Below, one piece after another: positions 59,501-64,000 of a stretch of DNA of 64,000 nt; the stretch's first letter is position 1, and each line of letters starts with the position of its first letter. The notes beneath the pieces were generated by a model. It had not been told where the DNA came from. It did no database searches and worked only from the letters and a program-made list of their open reading frames with translations. The position numbers were made by a program, and so were the translations under genes. This DNA is from Podarcis tiliguerta (lineage: Eukaryota): NCBI GenBank assembly GCA_965153285.1, contig OZ229110.1. One strand, written 5' to 3'.

Positions 59501-62500
59501 GCAGGATCCTCTTGCAAGGGTGCAAGATAAGAGGGGGATGTGTCTCCTTGCCAAGGGTGCAAGGGAGCCTAAGTACACCTGTGTACCCACCCATTAGTTA
59601 TAGTCCGAGCAGACCCATGCAAATCAATGTACTCAGGTCTGCTCTGAGTATGACTCATGTTGGATGTCACCTTATGCCATTAATTATTTTTTGAAGTCCT
59701 TAAATGGTACTAGCCAAAGAACAAAGCCAAGCCACCCAAGAGCAATACAAAATTACAACCTGGTCATCTTCTTTCAAGCGAATGGGATGCTAGAGAAGGT
59801 CTAATGCAAAGTGCTCAACATCCTTCATTTCCCTTGACGACAATGTGAGGCAGATTATCAGCATTCTGAAATCTTAGATCCCTTTTATAAAGAATCTACA
59901 AAGAGGTAAAAGCAAGGTCCTCTTAATTATGCAGATTAGCAAGCGAGACCTGAGCAAAGAAATCATTTCATCCAAAGTGCTGATGCAAAATTAGCCAAGA
60001 GAAGCAAATGAAGTGGAAATTGTTTCTCACCTGCTACTTACATAAGCATTCACCTGCCCAAGAATGACTGAAACAAGGTTTTGAGCCTAAGCAGGGAAAG
60101 CACTAAAACACACACATGCTCTTACTACACACACTCATGCTGGAAAGAGCTTGAAGTGTTGGTGAAATGTCAGGGTCTTCCGTATAACTTCCTACAAATG
60201 ATACTTTTAATTGTTTCCTGTCACTGATTCTGTCTAGATTACTATCACAAGTCTGGGCAGAAGGGACAGTTGGAGATGGGAGATTAGGTTGCAGAGATGA
60301 TTACAGCTGATTTTACATGCCCCTTGGTAGAAGCTGCATCCTAATAAGAGAGGAATGGAACATAGTATTGAAAGATGGCATGCCTCAGACTAGTAGGAAA
60401 AAGCATAGTGTGCAAATTCATGTTGAAAATATAGAACATTTGCAAGTTGAAAGAAGTGTCTATTAAAAAAAGGAATGTGCGTTAGTGTTGTGACCACTTA
60501 CAGGGTTCATTCCCCCCCCCCCCCCCGGTTTAGCAACCTAGATTCATATTGGCTAAGCAAACTATGAAATGGCAGCTAAGGATATTTAGACTTCATAATT
60601 AAATAGAAATACTTGTGGACAGTCAGTTGACCAGTTAGAGCAACAGAACTATGTAATAGCATTTATCTAGAAGATAAAATATGCAGGCCTCCAATATAAT
60701 AGTTGCTTCCCTCTCCCTGTTTTATATTGTTGGGAAAGGAGTATCGTAAGATTGAAATTCCCTGAGTTATAAAACATACAAAATTCCCTCCCTCCCCCCC
60801 CCGAGTTTTGTAAAAGGTGTTCTTTCTGTTGATATCCATTCAAAAAATCTGCACACATGCGGAATTTATCCCCATTTCAATTCGAGAACGTCTTCCTAGT
60901 TTATAAAATAAAATAAAAGCAATGGGGTATTTTTTTATTAGTGTTCCTCAAACTATTACCCTAGACAGGGGTCTGGAAATCACATTGCTGGCTCAGTACC
61001 TTGTTTGCTCATTCTAATTGTGCACTGAACAGCCGCCAAGTATAAAGTGATGTGGGGAAGAATAGAAATACGTATGTAAGCAATCCCCATGGTACCTCAT
61101 TGATGTTAACATGAGCATGTGCACAAAAGATGGGGTAGGGCCTTCAATTCTACAAAATGTATGTATTCCATGGAAAGTATAATATCAGAATAGAAAAATC
61201 CACGGGTAGATTCCATCCCTACAAGAGCACACTGCCTTTATGTCAAGGAATCAGCAGAGCTGTTTCTCCTCTCTCCCTTCAGTGTGTCAAATTAGTTGGG
61301 AATTGAAAGATATGAGCACAGCTCTCCCACACAGCCTACCCCACCCCATCTCTGGCCACTTAGTTAAATTATATGACCTCCAGAATTCAAGGTGATCAAG
61401 AAGAATGGGTGTGCAGGCTGGTTTAACGGGAGACAAAGCCAGTCCTCCTACGACCCAGCCTGCGAAGTTACGTTCATGTATGAACAGAGCAAAAGGGAGA
61501 AACATGATTCTGTTGAAACCTATGGGAAATCCTTCATGCCTGTTTGGCGAAGGATAATACTCTGTAGAAGTCTGCAGGAAGGCAAACATGTTCAGAGTGG
61601 CTCAGTTAGCAGAGCATGAGACACTTTATCTCAATATTTTTGGCTCTAGCACCATGTTGGGCAAAGATTCCTGCATTGTAGATGGTTGGACTAAATGACC
61701 CTCATTGACCCTTCCAACTCTGCAATTCTATGATCTGTCAACAAGAGATTAAATCTTTCCTGCTCCAACTTACAGATATTTCCTGTGGCAGTGTGTCCTT
61801 TTATGATGGGTTGTCAAGGAATTATTGCAGTTTGGGCATCACAACAATTACTAAATATAATTCTGTTACAATTCTGAATGGATATTCTTTACCCAAACCC
61901 ATTTGTACAAACCAAGATATAACTGACAAGATTATTACCATATCTTACGTTTCAGTTCTCTGTTCACAAGGACCAAACATATAAAACATTTTCGCCAGTG
62001 TATAAATAGCTTCCAGCTGTTAAACAATATTAAACTTGCTAAGTTTGTTTTTAGCAAAATGAATGCAAAAGATGTGATTTATTTGCAGACATTTTATCCC
62101 TAAAGAATAGCACCTTGTTCCATCCCAGGTCTCAGCGAAAGGGTGACAAGATATTACTTCTGCAGATTTTCCTGCTGAAATACCAGTGATATGCATCTAT
62201 ATGGTACTTTGACGTTGCTGGATTGAGACAGTCACATATTGCAGTCTATGTTTCTCTTTGTATGGATAATCAGAATTGTGCTAGTTGCTAGTATGAATAG
62301 CATACAATCTGGGACGGTTTATTAGCTCTGAAAACTACATATTTCACACCTAAATTTATATACTGGCAATACAGTCCATTGAACTCAATTGGAGAAAAAA
62401 TCATGGTCAAGCCATGTATACATGCTGCCCAGGGGTTAATTCATTTTTGGGGACCATGCACACAGGCATTCACACCCATCCACCACTATAAACTGCAAAT

Positions 62501-63183
62501 CATTTTTCCTATACCTTCAAGTTTTGGGTGACAAAAATGACGATATCCCCTGGGATCTGGCATGCATGGGGCTCTGGATGGTTAAAAGAACTGGGATATG
62601 ACCATCGATGTGAGGATGGCATGAATAATAGGGAACTGAGAATATCATATGCCACGTATTAATAAAGCACATATAAAACATTTACAGTGATCATATATTA
62701 CAGTCCACAGTGCTAACTGTATTTGATATGCACCAAGGTGCTGGTTGACATCTACAGCAGGAGAAGAGGCATTGCAAAAGACTGCACCCTTTACATTATA
62801 CTTAATGCTTATTAGCCAGAGTCTCACCAGCCATTGGGGCTTTCTGATCTTTCCTCTTTTGCAGCATCTACATTCTCTACGTCTTGAGTTGAACAGAGGA
62901 AGCCCAGCAAAAATACATCTCTTGAACTGACAGGGTGTCCTTCAGCCACATCCATTCAAATGGTGACACAATTGAGAGAGATGGTTATGAATTATTTGGC
63001 AAAGATGCTAAAGGAGCAATGACTTTATGAGACTGTTTCTAAGTTTCCGTTAAGAGCATTAAATAAGCGAATAGTTTTTATGCTAAATGAAGACAGTGAA
63101 AAATCTTCTTGAATCTTGATACCAGCTTTTACCACAAGACAACTTCTGGGGCTTATTAGAGGTGGACCTGGATTGTTCCTTCC
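53550..63183 (-). other. SLC1A2: SLC1A2 long 3' UTR (inferred)
   Basis: Follows the SLC1A2 stop codon. Minus-strand AATAAA at 53569-53574 is preceded by a U-rich/UGUA tract. The region is poor in recognisable TEs, and mammalian EAAT2 is known to have a very long 3' UTR. Confidence 0.6.
61595..61735 (+). mobile_element. Short tRNA-headed SINE with CR1-like tail
   Basis: A-box-like GTGGCTCAGTTAGCAGAGCA head; GACCCTTCCAACTCTGCAATTCTATGAT tail. Confidence 0.6.
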
Positions 63184-63258
63184 TTATTTCTCATGTTTCC
63201 AAGGTTCTTCTTCAACAGCATTGAAGTCTGCAGATTTGCCGTTTGTTGCCAGGGTGAC
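63184..63258 (-). CDS. SLC1A2: SLC1A2 (EAAT2/GLT-1a) last coding exon
   Basis: Minus strand tttacag|GTC...TAA. VTLATNGKSADFNAVEEEPWKHEK* vs human [23 protein letters not shown]; SLC1A2 is the known convergent neighbour of CD44. Confidence 0.96.
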   Translation of the reverse strand, partial: VTLATNGKSADFNAVEEEPWKHEK

Positions 63259-64000
63259 CTGTAAATAATTGTCATCAACACCTAACTTAAAGATCAAGGC
63301 ACTTTTGCGAGAAATGTCAAGAATTAAACAGCAAAACTGAATATTTACAAGATTTACATTAAATCTATGTGTGAAAATATACATACGTGTTTTTATTTTG
63401 TACTGAATCAGTTCTGCCCTTTCAATGTTTCTCAATCTGCAGGAAGAACTCAAAATTACAATAGTGCTCTGTCCGCAAAGCAGAATGTTGAGAAATCAGG
63501 TCTATAGGCCTGATGTGCAACACATACATATGTGAATCATACACACATACATATGCACATATGTTACAAAAAGCTAAATAGTAAACGGCAGAATTGATCC
63601 TCCACAAGGACCTGCTGGGAAACATCACTGTTCACTACTGTGTCCGATCGTGTAATGTTGAAGGTGCAGTTACAACTGAGTCAAACCATACTTAACAAGG
63701 CTGCATTTTACATACAAAACCACAAACAGCCATATCAGAGTCTCAGCTAAAGGTTCACATTTCAATGTTAACTTGATAACAATTGTGGAAGACCAAGAAT
63801 GGTAAATCATTCCATGGGAAATACTGGCTTGTAAGCAACATCTCAGCAGTCAATATTTTTTCTAAAGGAAAAAACAACAACCCCACAGCCAGCCAAGCGC
63901 CATCTTTTTCCCCCAGTGGAGATGTGCTATGCATGGCTAGATAAGCCAAAATGGCCAATGTGCTTGTTTGACTGGGCAGAAATGAACTGGACCTTTACAT

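Noticed and set aside
63422-63460. FEFFLQIEKH* as the GLT-1b tail
   Set aside because: Only superficial resemblance to the FPFxDIETCI tail and lacks the terminal PDZ motif; GLT-1b sequence is expected next to the previous exon, outside the window.

Overview
Vertebrate genomic DNA from a squamate reptile; the Sauria-type SINEs suggest a lacertid lizard. The + strand carries CD44 from exon 2 (11952) to the stop codon (50539) plus its 3' UTR; exon 1 lies upstream of the window. The - strand carries the last coding exon of SLC1A2/EAAT2/GLT-1 (63184-63258) and an inferred ~9.6 kb 3' UTR converging on CD44. The main feature is the CD44 stem region (22.0-46.7 kb). It holds 15 intact, frame-preserving (phase 1-1) candidate exons totalling 2394 nt / 798 aa, about twice the human v2-v10 insert. 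Eleven of them are copies of one ~49-63 aa acidic, His-rich, N-glycosylated repeat with a shared atypical A/C-rich 3' splice site. There are also three decayed copies, one possibly rescued as a 15-nt microexon, and an exon with a poly-Asp microsatellite next to an EGSG glycosaminoglycan site. The introns contain Sauria SINEs, L2/RTE/CR1 fragments, Tigger-like and hAT MITEs, probable solo LTRs and microsatellites. Exons were inferred by hand from splice signals, reading frame and similarity to remembered human proteins; no transcript evidence was available.
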